Assembly: GCA_019057865.1 (NCBI GenBank)
Contig: JAHLWP010000003.1
Location: 1-64,000, forward strand
From: Promethearchaeota archaeon
Lineage (GTDB): Archaea > Asgardarchaeota > Lokiarchaeia > Sigyniarchaeales > SOKP01
DNA: 64,000 nucleotides
Direction of reading: 5' to 3'
Shown here: positions 20,901 to 31,497 of the stretch, in pieces
Layout: each line of letters opens with the position of its first letter
Position numbering within the stretch: the first letter of the stretch is position 1
The notes under the pieces: model-generated
Databases searched by the model: none
The model's input: the letters and a program-made list of their open reading frames with translations, nothing else
What the model was told of the DNA's origin: nothing
Translations under genes and position numbers: made by a program

Positions 20901-21698
20901 ATCAAACAAATCCTTTTTTAAATCTTTTAACTTTTTGAATAAAATTTTTATTGAGTCAATTGCTTTTGAATCTGGGTTAAATTCTAATGGTGAAATGCCA
21001 TTTAAATCTGCTTTACCTATATCTGAATCAAATGGAATCGATTGGTAAAGCGGGATTTCCCATTTTTGGACTCTCTTATTAATTATATCTAATTGAGATT
21101 GATCTAATACCTTATTAGCTACTAAAAAAATATTTATGATTCCTAATTTTTTTGATAATTCTATAATTTTTGAACAAAGATCTAATGATTTTTGAGATGG
21201 CTCAGAAACAACTAACATAACATCAATCCCCTTTGCAGTACCTCGTCCTAAGTGTTCTAAACCTGCTTCAAAATCGACGATAACAACTTCGTCCCTTTTA
21301 ACAAACAAATTATATAATAAAGTTCTAATTAAAGCATTTTCTGGGCATAGGCACCCAGTTGCAGGTTCTTCAATAGACCCAAGAACAAGTAATTGTAATC
21401 CGTCAGGTCCATTAACTTTAAACCTATCAGGAATATCAGAAACCTCTGGATTGATGTTATATACACCTGGACCAGCTCCTGATACTGACGTTCTCTCTTG
21501 AATCATTTCTTTCATTTCTGAGATAGGCACTATTTTTTTTTTCACATCTTGGTTAATTCCAAGTGTATAACTTAAATTCATGGCGGAATCATTATCAATA
21601 GCTAAAACTTTAAAGCCATCTTTAGCAAATAATCTTGCTAGAATTCCAGCAATTAAAGTTTTACCAACTCCGCCCTTTCCTGAGACAGCAATCTTCAT
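20895..21698 (-). CDS. cooC: CooC/AcsF-type nickel-binding SIMIBI ATPase
   Basis: GKGGVGKT, GCLCPEN (CxC), DFEAGLEHLGRGT. Confidence 0.92.
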   Translation of the reverse strand: MKIAVSGKGGVGKTLIAGILARLFAKDGFKVLAIDNDSAMNLSYTLGINQDVKKKIVPISEMKEMIQERTSVSGAGPGVYNINPEVSDIPDRFKVNGPDGLQLLVLGSIEEPATGCLCPENALIRTLLYNLFVKRDEVVIVDFEAGLEHLGRGTAKGIDVMLVVSEPSQKSLDLCSKIIELSKKLGIINIFLVANKVLDQSQLDIINKRVQKWEIPLYQSIPFDSDIGKADLNGISPLEFNPDSKAIDSIKILFKKLKDLKKDLFDL

Positions 21699-21821
21699 GA
21701 TATTAGTTATTTTTTTAATGAAATTAAATGTTTAGGTTAGTTTTAATAAAATTATAGTTGTAATTATTTAAATTTAATAAGAAAATCTGGGATTTTATCA
21801 TAAAATTTATAAAAAATAACA

Positions 21822-21971
21822 ATGCCATCTGATATAAAAAGAGATGTTCAGGGGATAAAAGAAGAGCTATTAAAGGCTTTCAGAGAATATGTGAGAAAAG
21901 AAGTTAAAACTCAACTTGATGAGATCAAGAAGAAATATAAAAATGAGTTATTTCAGATGAGCTTTCTTTAA
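21822..21971 (+). CDS. Small helical hypothetical protein (49 aa; not in track)
   Basis: MPSDIKRDVQGIKEELLKAFREYVRKEVKTQLDEIKKKYKNELFQMSFL; TTTATAAA TATA-like box just upstream. Confidence 0.45.
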   Translation: MPSDIKRDVQGIKEELLKAFREYVRKEVKTQLDEIKKKYKNELFQMSFL

Positions 21972-22154
21972 TTATTTGTATTTGCCCCCTCTAGCTTATA
22001 TCCTATAAGAGCAATTAACATGATTCTTTAAATCAAAAGAGCGAAGAAATATATATAACATCACACTTATATTATTTGAAAAACACATTTAAAAATACAT
22101 AAATATTATAACACAATAGTTTTTATATATATATTTGGAGATGATAATAATAAA

Positions 22155-22328
22155 ATGACAAATAAAAAAGATGTTGATATAATGAGTGGTGAATGGGTAA
22201 TACTGAAAGATGACGAGATCGTTGAACAAAATAAAGATCTTGGAGTCATATTTGAACTCGCTAAAAATTATAGTGATCACGAAATAACTATCTCTAAATT
22301 GCCTTCTGCAACTTATTGTTTTTATTAA
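22155..22328 (+). CDS. DUF5678-like small protein (57 aa; not in track)
   Basis: MTNKKDVDIMSGEWVILKDDEIVEQNKDLGVIFELAKNYSDHEITISKLPSATYCFY; GxWV..D..IV..xKD pattern; GGAG SD upstream; stop 13 nt before the protease. Confidence 0.7.
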   Translation: MTNKKDVDIMSGEWVILKDDEIVEQNKDLGVIFELAKNYSDHEITISKLPSATYCFY

Positions 22329-22341
22329 ATCCTTTATTCTT

Positions 22342-22827
22342 ATGAAGAAAATTAAATTTACTTTTCCTTATAAACCTCATCCTGCATTAAGAAAGAAAAA
22401 CATCCCAAAAAATCAAATACTACAGCTTTATCCCTTTGTACCTGTTAGATTTTATCATAAAGGTAAGAAAACCAATATAATTGAAGCCTTGCTTGACTCT
22501 GGAGCTGACGCAGTTCATATCAATAGTTCTATCGCCTCTTATCTTAATCTACCTAAAGGAAAGAAAAGTAAGCTTGGTGGGGCAGGGGGTACATATATTT
22601 CTTATGAAACTAAGATTGGTTTTGTTTTAGGTCGTGGGGGCAATTTTGTTGATTTTGGTTATGTGAAATGTTTCTATCCTCAAAACCAAGATGTGCCTAT
22701 TTTAATAGGAAGATGCCCCGTTTTTGAAGAATATCAAGTAATTTTTGAAGAATTTGAAGACTCTAAAAATATACATAAGAAAAAGTTTAAGCTAATACCA
22801 AAAGAAGATATTTTGAAAAATAAATAG
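22342..22827 (+). CDS. Retropepsin-like (clan AA) aspartic protease
   Basis: ALLDSGAD catalytic motif, GGAGG flap, ILIGR. Confidence 0.85.
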   Translation: MKKIKFTFPYKPHPALRKKNIPKNQILQLYPFVPVRFYHKGKKTNIIEALLDSGADAVHINSSIASYLNLPKGKKSKLGGAGGTYISYETKIGFVLGRGGNFVDFGYVKCFYPQNQDVPILIGRCPVFEEYQVIFEEFEDSKNIHKKKFKLIPKEDILKNK

Positions 22828-22875
22828 ATTATTTCCTAATTCAATTTCAGAGAGTATGAATTTAAAAAGCTCTTA

Positions 22876-23181
22876 TTGTTAACCTTTTATGTGAGAAACG
22901 AAAAAGAATTTTGGAAGAAAAAGTTTTTTTTTGAAAATCCTATGAAAAGAGATCAAAATTCTGCTGTAAATATAATGGAAAGATTTCTTAAAAATAAAAA
23001 AGATTATGATTTCTTATTGCATAAACCCTCTTTGAATGAGGAATTCTATCTTAATAGATTGGGTTTGCGACGAAATACAGCCCTATCGTCACTTTATGTG
23101 GGAGATAATAGAGGACTCGTAGTGAATGGAAAAAAATCTATAAATCATAGAAAATTTTCCATAATTCAACAAGAAAATTAA
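22876..23181 (+). mobile_element. tnpB: C-terminal remnant of IS200/IS605-family TnpB
   Basis: MKRDQNSAVNIMERFL matches the TnpB RuvC-III xRDxNA/SAxNI motif; no RuvC-I/II or Zn ribbon upstream. Confidence 0.65.
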
Positions 23182-23253
23182 ATAATAATTCATGAGATAT
23201 TAAGTTCCTTAAGGAAATAAACTCTAAAAATAATTTCTTTAAAAGGTTGAAAG

Positions 23254-23976
23254 ATAATTAAAAGCAAATTATGTGAAAAGCATAACCTAGATTATAACTA
23301 TGTATGCCCTAAATGCGTTGAACCTTTTCTAAAAAGAACTCAATTTTTGAATTTAAATGAGATAAGGGAATATCAAAAAGTAAATGCGCTAAAAGTTAAT
23401 ACAAACGATATTATAGATGAAATGCGTACATTAGGATTTATGAAAATTAAAAATATTAAAGATAAAGCTTATTCTGGTTTAATATTATATGATTACAAGG
23501 AGAAAGTGATAATCAAATCTTATTTTAAAACGTATAAGCCTAAAATTAGTGAATATCTTCCTTCAATTTTATTTCTAACTCAAACAGATATTTTTTTAGA
23601 TTTAGTTGAAAATATTAAAGAAAAACCAGATTGCTATATTATTAATTCAAGTGGTCAAGTCCATCCATTCCTTTATGGAGCTGCCTGTGACTTAGGTTTA
23701 AGAATTAATACACCAGTTATAGGCTATACAAAAAAATTATTATTTGGAGTTTTAAAGATATATGAAGAAACATCAAACATTCATGGAATTTATTCTAATG
23801 ATCTTTTAATTGGCTATGCTATTCCTAAACCTAATTCAAAAAAATTTTATTATATTTCTATTGGGAATAACATTTCCCTCCCAACAGCACTTAAAATATT
23901 CTTAGAACTTGACTTAAGTGTAATTAATAAGTTGAATACAAAATTAAGCAATTACATTTTAAATAAAACAAAATAA
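23254..23976 (+). CDS. Endonuclease V-like protein with N-terminal Zn knuckle and degenerate catalytic residues (probable AUA start; track start 23347)
   Basis: EYLPSILF, GQVHP..GAACDLG, PVIGYTK and YISIGN are Nfi-like; the in-frame upstream extension encodes CEKH-x7-CPKC. Confidence 0.7.
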   Translation: MIKSKLCEKHNLDYNYVCPKCVEPFLKRTQFLNLNEIREYQKVNALKVNTNDIIDEMRTLGFMKIKNIKDKAYSGLILYDYKEKVIIKSYFKTYKPKISEYLPSILFLTQTDIFLDLVENIKEKPDCYIINSSGQVHPFLYGAACDLGLRINTPVIGYTKKLLFGVLKIYEETSNIHGIYSNDLLIGYAIPKPNSKKFYYISIGNNISLPTALKIFLELDLSVINKLNTKLSNYILNKTK

Positions 23977-23995
23977 ATGAATTTTACTGAAGATC

Positions 23996-24259
23996 TTATG
24001 TATTTTCCTTTCTCATACACTGCATTTTCTTGGAAATTCTCATCATTTCATTAAAAATCCTATCATTTTCTTCTGGATCATTTGTTTTCAATAATCTTTC
24101 ATTAAGATCTCTTATTTCCAGCGTTAAATCAATAAATTCTTGTGGAGGTTTTAATTGATAGAAATATTTATTCTCTCCTTTATCATCTAATTCTATGTAT
24201 ACCCATTTTCTTTCTTCTTGAGACCAATTCCATCGATTGGGTGTGAGTTTTCTAGGCAT
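23996..24259 (-). CDS. Small hypothetical protein
   Basis: 87-aa ORF with Trp-rich N-terminus and helical C-terminus. Confidence 0.7.
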   Translation of the reverse strand: MPRKLTPNRWNWSQEERKWVYIELDDKGENKYFYQLKPPQEFIDLTLEIRDLNERLLKTNDPEENDRIFNEMMRISKKMQCMRKENT

Positions 24260-24428
24260 TATTTAAAGAATTAATAAATAGGTTATTACTTAAATTTAAT
24301 TTTCTTAATAATTGATTAACTCTGTTATAAATTATAATTTCTATAAGATTTTTTATAATTTTTTTATTTTCTAATATTAACAGATTAATACTTTTTAAAT
24401 TAATAAAAATAGGTCCCTTAAGGTATCA

Positions 24429-25628
24429 TTATGAAAATTCTTTTAAAGTTTTTTCAGCAAGTTCTCTAACATCAACATCGGTGTCTTTTGAGAGTTTTTC
24501 CAATAAAGTCTTTAGTTCCTCTCCCTTATCTTCGAATTTACGAATTGCTTTAATTAAATTATATCTAATTAACCAATCCTTATCATAAATTAACTTAAGG
24601 AATGCGTCATACACTTTTTTATCTTTTATTTCACTTAAAATTTCTATTACACTTATTTTAATCTCAATATTTTGATTCTTTAAATCCATGATAAGAAATT
24701 CTATTACTTTATCTTTATTTGTTTCATCTAAAAGTTTGTACATATTCATAAAGAGAGATTTTTGATATGATTTAGGAAAACTAGGAGGTACTTTTAATTG
24801 CTGGTAAGATTGAATAGATATACTCGAAGATTTTTTTTTCTTTAACTCTAATAAAGACTGATTTAATTTCTCATTTTCTTTTTGAAATTTTAATAATTCA
24901 TTTTTGATCTCTTCAATTTCTTTTGTACTATCAGCTATTTCTTTTTCTTTTGCTTGTAAATAATTAATCTTAGCTTTATACTCTTCTATTTCTGATATTA
25001 ATGTCTCGATTTCTTTATTTGCTAAATCTAGTTTTTCAGATTGGGCTTTTTCAATTGCTTCTTGAATTTGAGCTTTTAATACTTCAATTTGTACACGTAA
25101 TAATCCATTTTCTTCCATTAATTGAAAATTTAATTTTTTAGCTTCAATTAATTCTTGATTTTCATCTACTTGATGATCATAAGTTTGCTTTTTCTCAATT
25201 TGTTCTTTTAGAGATTGAATTTGAACTTGATTTTGTTCATTTTCTTCAGTTAATTGAACAATTATTTTTTTAGCATTAATTATTTCTTCATTTATTTCAG
25301 TTTGAGAATTCGGCTCTTTATAATTTTCTAATTGGGTTGTTAGTTCCTGAATTTGCTGATTTAGAGAGTTGATATCTTTATATCTCTTTACTAAATCCTG
25401 TTTTTGAGTCGTAATAGTGTCTTTTAACTCTTTAACATTCTCGGGTGTTTTTTCTTGAAATTCTAAAAGTTTACTTTTTTGATCTTCAATTAATATTTTT
25501 TGTTCTTTTATCGTAAAATTTAACCTATTAATTTCTTCTTTTAAATCATCTATTATTTGCTTGAACTCTGTTCGAGCTTTGTTTTCTTCTTCAACAGTAT
25601 CAATTAAATTCTTTATGTCTTTAGTCAT
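24429..25628 (-). CDS. Long coiled-coil protein with C-terminal HEAT-like repeats
   Basis: About 260 aa of heptad E/K/Q-rich sequence; DKDWLIRYNLIKAI and DTDVDVRELAEKTL HEAT patterns. Confidence 0.8.
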   Translation of the reverse strand: MTKDIKNLIDTVEEENKARTEFKQIIDDLKEEINRLNFTIKEQKILIEDQKSKLLEFQEKTPENVKELKDTITTQKQDLVKRYKDINSLNQQIQELTTQLENYKEPNSQTEINEEIINAKKIIVQLTEENEQNQVQIQSLKEQIEKKQTYDHQVDENQELIEAKKLNFQLMEENGLLRVQIEVLKAQIQEAIEKAQSEKLDLANKEIETLISEIEEYKAKINYLQAKEKEIADSTKEIEEIKNELLKFQKENEKLNQSLLELKKKKSSSISIQSYQQLKVPPSFPKSYQKSLFMNMYKLLDETNKDKVIEFLIMDLKNQNIEIKISVIEILSEIKDKKVYDAFLKLIYDKDWLIRYNLIKAIRKFEDKGEELKTLLEKLSKDTDVDVRELAEKTLKEFS

Positions 25629-25987
25629 AGTTTTAACATCAATTATAAATAATTAATAATAGTTTTATATCAATTTATATATAATGAGTTGAATTCTAAT
25701 AACTCTTTACATATTTCAATAAATAAATTATAAATAAATATTTCTTAATTCCTCTTTTTTATATTAATTTTATATAGTTTATCCTTAAGAGATAATTCAC
25801 TTTTTGGTTAAGTTTCCAAAAGTGTCTTTTTTTGAACTACTCATATAGAAATCTTTAAAAAAGATATTAAAATATAATGATGGTGATTGGGATTATGATG
25901 ATGATGACGATTGGTGATTCTAATATATATAATACTTATATTTTATCAAAATAGAGTCCAAGTTAAAAAATAAAAAAATAATTTATG

Positions 25988-26464
25988 TTATACAATCTTT
26001 ATTTCCGTAATTTTATCTCCTTGTTTAATTGAATTTACAACTGCCTGATCCTCAGAACTTTTTACTTCTCCAAAGATCGTATGTTTATTATTAAGATGTG
26101 GAGTTGGAACATGTGTAATAAAGAATTGAGAGCCATTTGTATTTGGTCCAGCATTTGCCATTGCTAAAATTCCTGGTTTATTAAATTTTCTCCCACTCTG
26201 GAACTCATCTCTAAAAGGATATGTAAGGGTTTGCCCTTTAAACGGAAAAAATGTAATTCCTTTATCTTTTGGACCACCAGAACCTTTACCCAAAGGATCA
26301 CCTCCTTGAATCATGAAATCAGCAATAACTCTATGAAAAGTAACTCCATTATAAAATCTTTGTTGTGCTAGATATAAAAAACTGGCAACTGCAATGGGAG
26401 CCTCAGCATCGAATAACCTTAGGTTAATATTACCTTTATTTGTAATAATAATAATTTCAGTCAT
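25988..26464 (-). CDS. ppiA: Cyclophilin-type peptidyl-prolyl isomerase
   Basis: FHRVIADFMIQGGDP, AMANAGPNTNGSQFFIT, HTIFG. Confidence 0.96.
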   Translation of the reverse strand: MTEIIIITNKGNINLRLFDAEAPIAVASFLYLAQQRFYNGVTFHRVIADFMIQGGDPLGKGSGGPKDKGITFFPFKGQTLTYPFRDEFQSGRKFNKPGILAMANAGPNTNGSQFFITHVPTPHLNNKHTIFGEVKSSEDQAVVNSIKQGDKITEIKIV

Positions 26465-26581
26465 GTATTAAGGAAAGATCTAATATTTTTTAACCTTATT
26501 ACTCAATGAAAAGATTAAAAATCATTGTAATAATACCCTTTTATAACACTCATAAAATTTTTAATTACTGCACATTGAAAA

Positions 26582-28750
26582 ATGACTACGAATCATAGCA
26601 CTTCTTTTTTTTTCAATCCAAAATCAATTGCAGTTATTGGTGCTAGTAGTACACCTGGAAAAGTGGGATATAATGTATTAAAAAACATAATAGAATCGGT
26701 GTATTCTGGAAAAATTTTCCCTATCAATCCAAAAGCTGGTGAGATTCTTAATTATAAGGCTTATAAAAGTGTACTAGATGTTCCAGATGAAATTGATATT
26801 GCTATTTTTGTAATTCCTGGAAAGCATGTAAATTCAATTGCAGAAGAGTGTGGTAAAAAGAATATTAAGGGCTTAGTTGTAATCTCAGCTGGTTTTAAAG
26901 AAATTGGCGGAGAAGGAATTTTACGTGAAAAAAAGCTTACTGAAATTGCTAAAAAATATAATATGAGAATTATTGGTCCAAATTGTTTAGGATTTATTGG
27001 AATCCATTACAATGGATCATTTGCAACAGAGACTCCTAAGAAAGGACATATTGCTATGATTTCCCAATCTGGGGCAATGTTAACTGGGATGATGGATTAT
27101 TCTATGGAACAAGCGTTTGGTTTTTCGTGTAACATTAGCTTAGGGAATAAGGCTGATTGCTCCGAAATCGATTTCATTGAATATTTAGCAGAAGATAAGG
27201 ATACTAAAGTTATTCTTTGTTACTTAGAAAGTATAGAAGATGGTGAAAAATTTTTACAAATTGTACCACAAGCAGCAAGAAAAAAGCCAATAGTGATTTT
27301 AAAAGCTGGAGTGAGTGAAGCAGGTGCTAGAGCCGCCTCCAGCCATACTGGGGCATTAGCAGGGGCTGATATAGCATATGATTTAGCATTTGAAAAATGT
27401 GGAGTAATTAGAGCAAATTCGATTGGAGACCTTTTTGATTTTGGTGAAACCTTTCTTTATCAGCCAATACCAGAAAAAAATTCCTTTGCTATTATTACAA
27501 ATGCCGGTGGTCCAGGAATAGTAGCTACTGATGCTTTTGAACGTGAAGGTCTAAAATTTGCTCAATTTTCAGAAACGATATTACATAAATTAAGAGACAA
27601 TTTACCTCCAGAAGCAGCAATTTTCAATCCAGTAGATATCATTGGAGATGCATCGCCAGAAAGATATCGATTTACTATCGAATCTATTTTTGGATTAAAC
27701 AGCAAAGATGTTGAAGGAATATATGAAGATCACGTTACTACATATGGTGCATTAATAATTATGTCTCCACAAGCTCAAACAAGACCAATTGAAGTTGCTA
27801 AGTTAATTTATGATATCTCCTCGAATCATTTATCAACCAAGCCGATAATATGCGCTATGATAGGTGAAAAATCTATTAAAAAGGCAAGAAAATTTTTGAA
27901 ACAACATCACATCCCTTGTTTTCCCTTTCCAGAAAGAGCTGCTCGCTCCTTAAAAACATTAGTAAGATATAAAGATTTTTTAGACTCAAAACCTTTGGAA
28001 AAATTAGAAATTCCTGAATTTAAAGTTAATAAAGACAGAGTTAAAGACATTTTTAATGCTGTTAGGAAAGATGGACGAACTGTACTTTTAAGCCATGAAA
28101 CGAGAGAAATTTTTGAATGTTATGGGATTAAATCTCCAAAATCAAGATTAGCAAGGACTCCAAGAGAGGCCATGAAATTACAAAAAGAAATTGGGAAATC
28201 AGTTTTGAAGATTGTAAGTCCACAGATAATTCATAAAACTGATATAGGAGGTATTGTTTTTGGTGTCGAATCTGAGATTGATGCTTTCGAGGCCTTCATT
28301 CAAATTATTGATAATGCTAAAAAATTTGGGCCCCAAATAGCTAAAATTTATGGTGTTGAAGTGCAAGAGATGATTGATTTCAAAAAAGAAAAAAAAGTAA
28401 TTGAACTTATTATTGGTATGTCTCGTGACCCTCAATTTGGTCCAATGTTGATGATTGGTTCTGGAGGGATTTACGCTAATTTTCTAAGAGATATTTCATT
28501 TGCGTTAGCATATAAATTTACAGAACAGGATGCAAAAAATACACTTCAAAAAACTAAAATATACAGTCTGTTACAAGGAGTTAGAGGAGAACCAGCTTCC
28601 GATATTGATTCAATTATAGAAGTATTGTCAAGATTTTCACAGCTAGTAAATGATTTTAAAGATATTGTTGAGTTAGATATTAATCCATTATTATCCTTTA
28701 TTAAAGGATATAGTGCAGTAGATATTAAAATTACTATAAGCCGAGAATAA
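26582..28750 (+). CDS. acd: ADP-forming acetate/acyl-CoA ligase, alpha-beta fusion
   Basis: IAVIGAS, GPNCLG, SQSGA, SSHTG (phospho-His), TNAGGPG, NPVDI, ATP-grasp HKTDIGG, ELDINP. Confidence 0.93.
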   Translation: MTTNHSTSFFFNPKSIAVIGASSTPGKVGYNVLKNIIESVYSGKIFPINPKAGEILNYKAYKSVLDVPDEIDIAIFVIPGKHVNSIAEECGKKNIKGLVVISAGFKEIGGEGILREKKLTEIAKKYNMRIIGPNCLGFIGIHYNGSFATETPKKGHIAMISQSGAMLTGMMDYSMEQAFGFSCNISLGNKADCSEIDFIEYLAEDKDTKVILCYLESIEDGEKFLQIVPQAARKKPIVILKAGVSEAGARAASSHTGALAGADIAYDLAFEKCGVIRANSIGDLFDFGETFLYQPIPEKNSFAIITNAGGPGIVATDAFEREGLKFAQFSETILHKLRDNLPPEAAIFNPVDIIGDASPERYRFTIESIFGLNSKDVEGIYEDHVTTYGALIIMSPQAQTRPIEVAKLIYDISSNHLSTKPIICAMIGEKSIKKARKFLKQHHIPCFPFPERAARSLKTLVRYKDFLDSKPLEKLEIPEFKVNKDRVKDIFNAVRKDGRTVLLSHETREIFECYGIKSPKSRLARTPREAMKLQKEIGKSVLKIVSPQIIHKTDIGGIVFGVESEIDAFEAFIQIIDNAKKFGPQIAKIYGVEVQEMIDFKKEKKVIELIIGMSRDPQFGPMLMIGSGGIYANFLRDISFALAYKFTEQDAKNTLQKTKIYSLLQGVRGEPASDIDSIIEVLSRFSQLVNDFKDIVELDINPLLSFIKGYSAVDIKITISRE

Positions 28751-28818
28751 TTTTTAGGAAAATATAAAAAACCTATAAAATAAAATTAAATGGTAAAGAA
28801 AAAAGATTGTAGTGATTT

Positions 28819-29886
28819 ATGATGGTTAATACAATTTATCTATGCTCGTTAAGGGAACGAGTAGGAAAGAGTTTAATTTCAATCGGAATTATGCAAAAAT
28901 TACAAAATGAAGGCAAGAAGGTTGCTTATTTCAAACCTATAGGAATTCCTAAAGGAGCTTTCACTAATAAAGCAGATCGTGATGTCGGATTTATACAAAA
29001 TACTATTTTTAAGACGACGCTTCCATATGATATTTTATCCCCAGTTTCAATTCCAGATGGTTACTATGTAGATCTAATAGATACAAAACGAAAGGAAGAA
29101 AATCTTGGAATGATTAAAAAAGCTTTCGATGAGATTGCTAAAAATTTTCAATATATTATTATTGAAGGTTCCCCTAGTATTAAAAGATATATACGTGTAG
29201 GCTTAGATGACGTAACCATAGCACAGTCGATTGGAATTAATGATCTAGTTTTCATAGAAACACAATCCTCTGATAAATGTATTGATAATTTATTTTTCTC
29301 CAAGAACTATTTTGAATTTAGAAATATCAATATAAAAGGAGTTATCTTTAATAAGATTGACTATGACTATACAGCAAGAATTAAAGAATTAGAAGAAAAT
29401 CATATTAAAAGATATGGAATCCCAATACTAGGAATTATAGAAAAAAGTATTGAGTTGTTTGCACCTCGGGTGATCGAAATTCAAGAAGGTATTGGTGGAG
29501 AATTAATCAATGAAGCAGTGTCTGCGAGTCTAAATAATAGGATTGAAACCACAATAATCGGCGCAATGAATGCTCAAGCTGCTCTGAAATATTTGCGACA
29601 GTTAAAAGCAGTAGCAGTTATTACAGGTGGAGATCGTACAGATTTAGCCTTAGCCGCATTAAATGAAGATGTTGCTTGTTTAATATTAACCGGGTTTATA
29701 CAACCTGATATAAAGGTTATTCATACCGCGAATGAAAAAAGAATTCCAATAATACTTAGTCCATCTGATACATACACAACACTAAGAAATATGGATAGAG
29801 TAAAGCCTGGAATTCAAGAAGATGAAATAGATTTAGCTTTAAAATTAATTGAAAATGTTATTGATTGGGATTTGTTATTAAATTAG
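28819..29886 (+). CDS. BioD-like (Pta N-terminal) plus DRTGG domain protein
   Basis: VGKS, YFKPIG, IIEG, ITGGDRTD, ILTG; commonly adjacent to acd in archaea. Confidence 0.88.
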   Translation: MMVNTIYLCSLRERVGKSLISIGIMQKLQNEGKKVAYFKPIGIPKGAFTNKADRDVGFIQNTIFKTTLPYDILSPVSIPDGYYVDLIDTKRKEENLGMIKKAFDEIAKNFQYIIIEGSPSIKRYIRVGLDDVTIAQSIGINDLVFIETQSSDKCIDNLFFSKNYFEFRNINIKGVIFNKIDYDYTARIKELEENHIKRYGIPILGIIEKSIELFAPRVIEIQEGIGGELINEAVSASLNNRIETTIIGAMNAQAALKYLRQLKAVAVITGGDRTDLALAALNEDVACLILTGFIQPDIKVIHTANEKRIPIILSPSDTYTTLRNMDRVKPGIQEDEIDLALKLIENVIDWDLLLN

Positions 29887-30142
29887 ATTGTTATAGATAA
29901 AAACCGCTTTTCATTTGAATATTTTCATTCTTTTCTTTTTCCTTAAGATTAGATTAATAGTTATTTTTTTCTTCGATAATTTCCAACTTTATTAAGATAA
30001 AAGACTTAATATGATATCTTAAAAATAATTATTAAAATTTTTATCAAATAGATTCAAATTTTATTAGTGAATTTAATTTTATTTGATATATTTTTTTAAT
30101 TAAATTTACATGTTCAAAATATTGAATTTCCTTGAATGAAAA

Positions 30143-31258
30143 ATGATAATAGGAATCCCCAAAGAAATAAAGCTTGGTGAGGGAAGAGTAAGTCTCTCTC
30201 CATATAATATTGAAGAACTTATTAATATGGGTCATAGTGTATTAATCGAACGCAATGCGGGAAGAAATGTAGGATTTACTGATGATCAATATATAAATGC
30301 TGGTGCTAAAATTTCTGAGACCAAAAGAAAGATTTATACTGATTCAGATATACTTGTTAAAGTTAAAGAACCAGTTTTAGAAGAATTAAATTATTTTATT
30401 CCTGGACCAATCTTATTTTCTTTCCTGCATTTATCTGCTGTTAAAGAATTAACAGATGTTTTTATGAAGGGTAAATCAACTGCAATTGCTTTTGAATCAG
30501 TTGAATTGGATGATGGACATTTACCGATATTAATACCTATGTCTGAGATAGCAGGAAGAATGGCATTGATTAAAGGTGCTAATTTGCTTGCAATACATAA
30601 TAAAGGTAAGGGAATTTTATTAGGAGGCGCTGCTGGAGTATATAGAGGGAATATTACTGTATTAGGTGGAGGTACTGCAGGTTTAAGTGCCGCATTAGCA
30701 GGATATGGTTTGGGTGCTCAAGTAACAATTATAGAAAGAAGTATAGCACGAATTAGATATTTAAAAGATATTTTGCCTAAAGGAATTAATGTTATTATGT
30801 CCAATATCAGGAATATAAGAAAAAGTGTTAAAAAAGCAGATATTTTAATAGGTACTGTTTTAATTCCAAATGCAAAAGCGCCTAGAATCGTTTCAAGAGA
30901 AATGGTCAGATCAATGAAATCTGGATCTATAATTGTAGATGTTTCAATTGACCAAGGAGGGTGCATTGAAACTAGTAGGCCTACAACTCATGAAGACCCA
31001 ATTTATATCGAAGAAGAAGTTATACATTATTGTGTAACAAATATGCCGGGGGCTTATCCAAGAACAGCTACAGAGGCTTTGTCTGAAAGTTTATTTCCAT
31101 ATTTATTAGAATTAATTTCAGATGATGATATAGTAAAAGTACTTAAAAGAAATCCTCCACTAAAAAGAGGTGTGAATCTTTTTAAGGGTAATATTACAAT
31201 TAAAGAAATAGCAGATACTTTCCATTACCCATATAAACCAATAGAAGAACTTCTATAA
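30143..31258 (+). CDS. ald: Alanine dehydrogenase
   Basis: [43 protein letters not shown]. Confidence 0.95.
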   Translation: MIIGIPKEIKLGEGRVSLSPYNIEELINMGHSVLIERNAGRNVGFTDDQYINAGAKISETKRKIYTDSDILVKVKEPVLEELNYFIPGPILFSFLHLSAVKELTDVFMKGKSTAIAFESVELDDGHLPILIPMSEIAGRMALIKGANLLAIHNKGKGILLGGAAGVYRGNITVLGGGTAGLSAALAGYGLGAQVTIIERSIARIRYLKDILPKGINVIMSNIRNIRKSVKKADILIGTVLIPNAKAPRIVSREMVRSMKSGSIIVDVSIDQGGCIETSRPTTHEDPIYIEEEVIHYCVTNMPGAYPRTATEALSESLFPYLLELISDDDIVKVLKRNPPLKRGVNLFKGNITIKEIADTFHYPYKPIEELL

Positions 31259-31497
31259 TTCTTTTTAACCTTATGGCGAATTAACGATAAGAAAAGATAT
31301 TTGAAAAAGAAAAACGCTGTAGATAGCCCTAGATTTAGCGATTATGGTAAGGAAAATGTAAGATACTCTTTCTATCAACATATAGGTTTACTAAAAACTT
31401 AATATAATTTACTTAAGGTTTTTTTAAAGTGATCAACTTTATAACAGAATAGTATTTAATAACTAAAATTTAAAAAAAAGAAGAAGATGTAATATTT

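Noticed and set aside
23218-23253. In-frame TGA upstream of the EndoV-like gene as Sec
   Set aside because: TAA at 23218-20 and no start codon between it and the TGA
25850-25917. Acidic peptide DGDWDYDDDDDW and GAT repeats
   Set aside because: No canonical start after the upstream TAG; at most a gene-end remnant
31270-31402. Short open frame after ald
   Set aside because: About 33-40 codons, no SD and no motif
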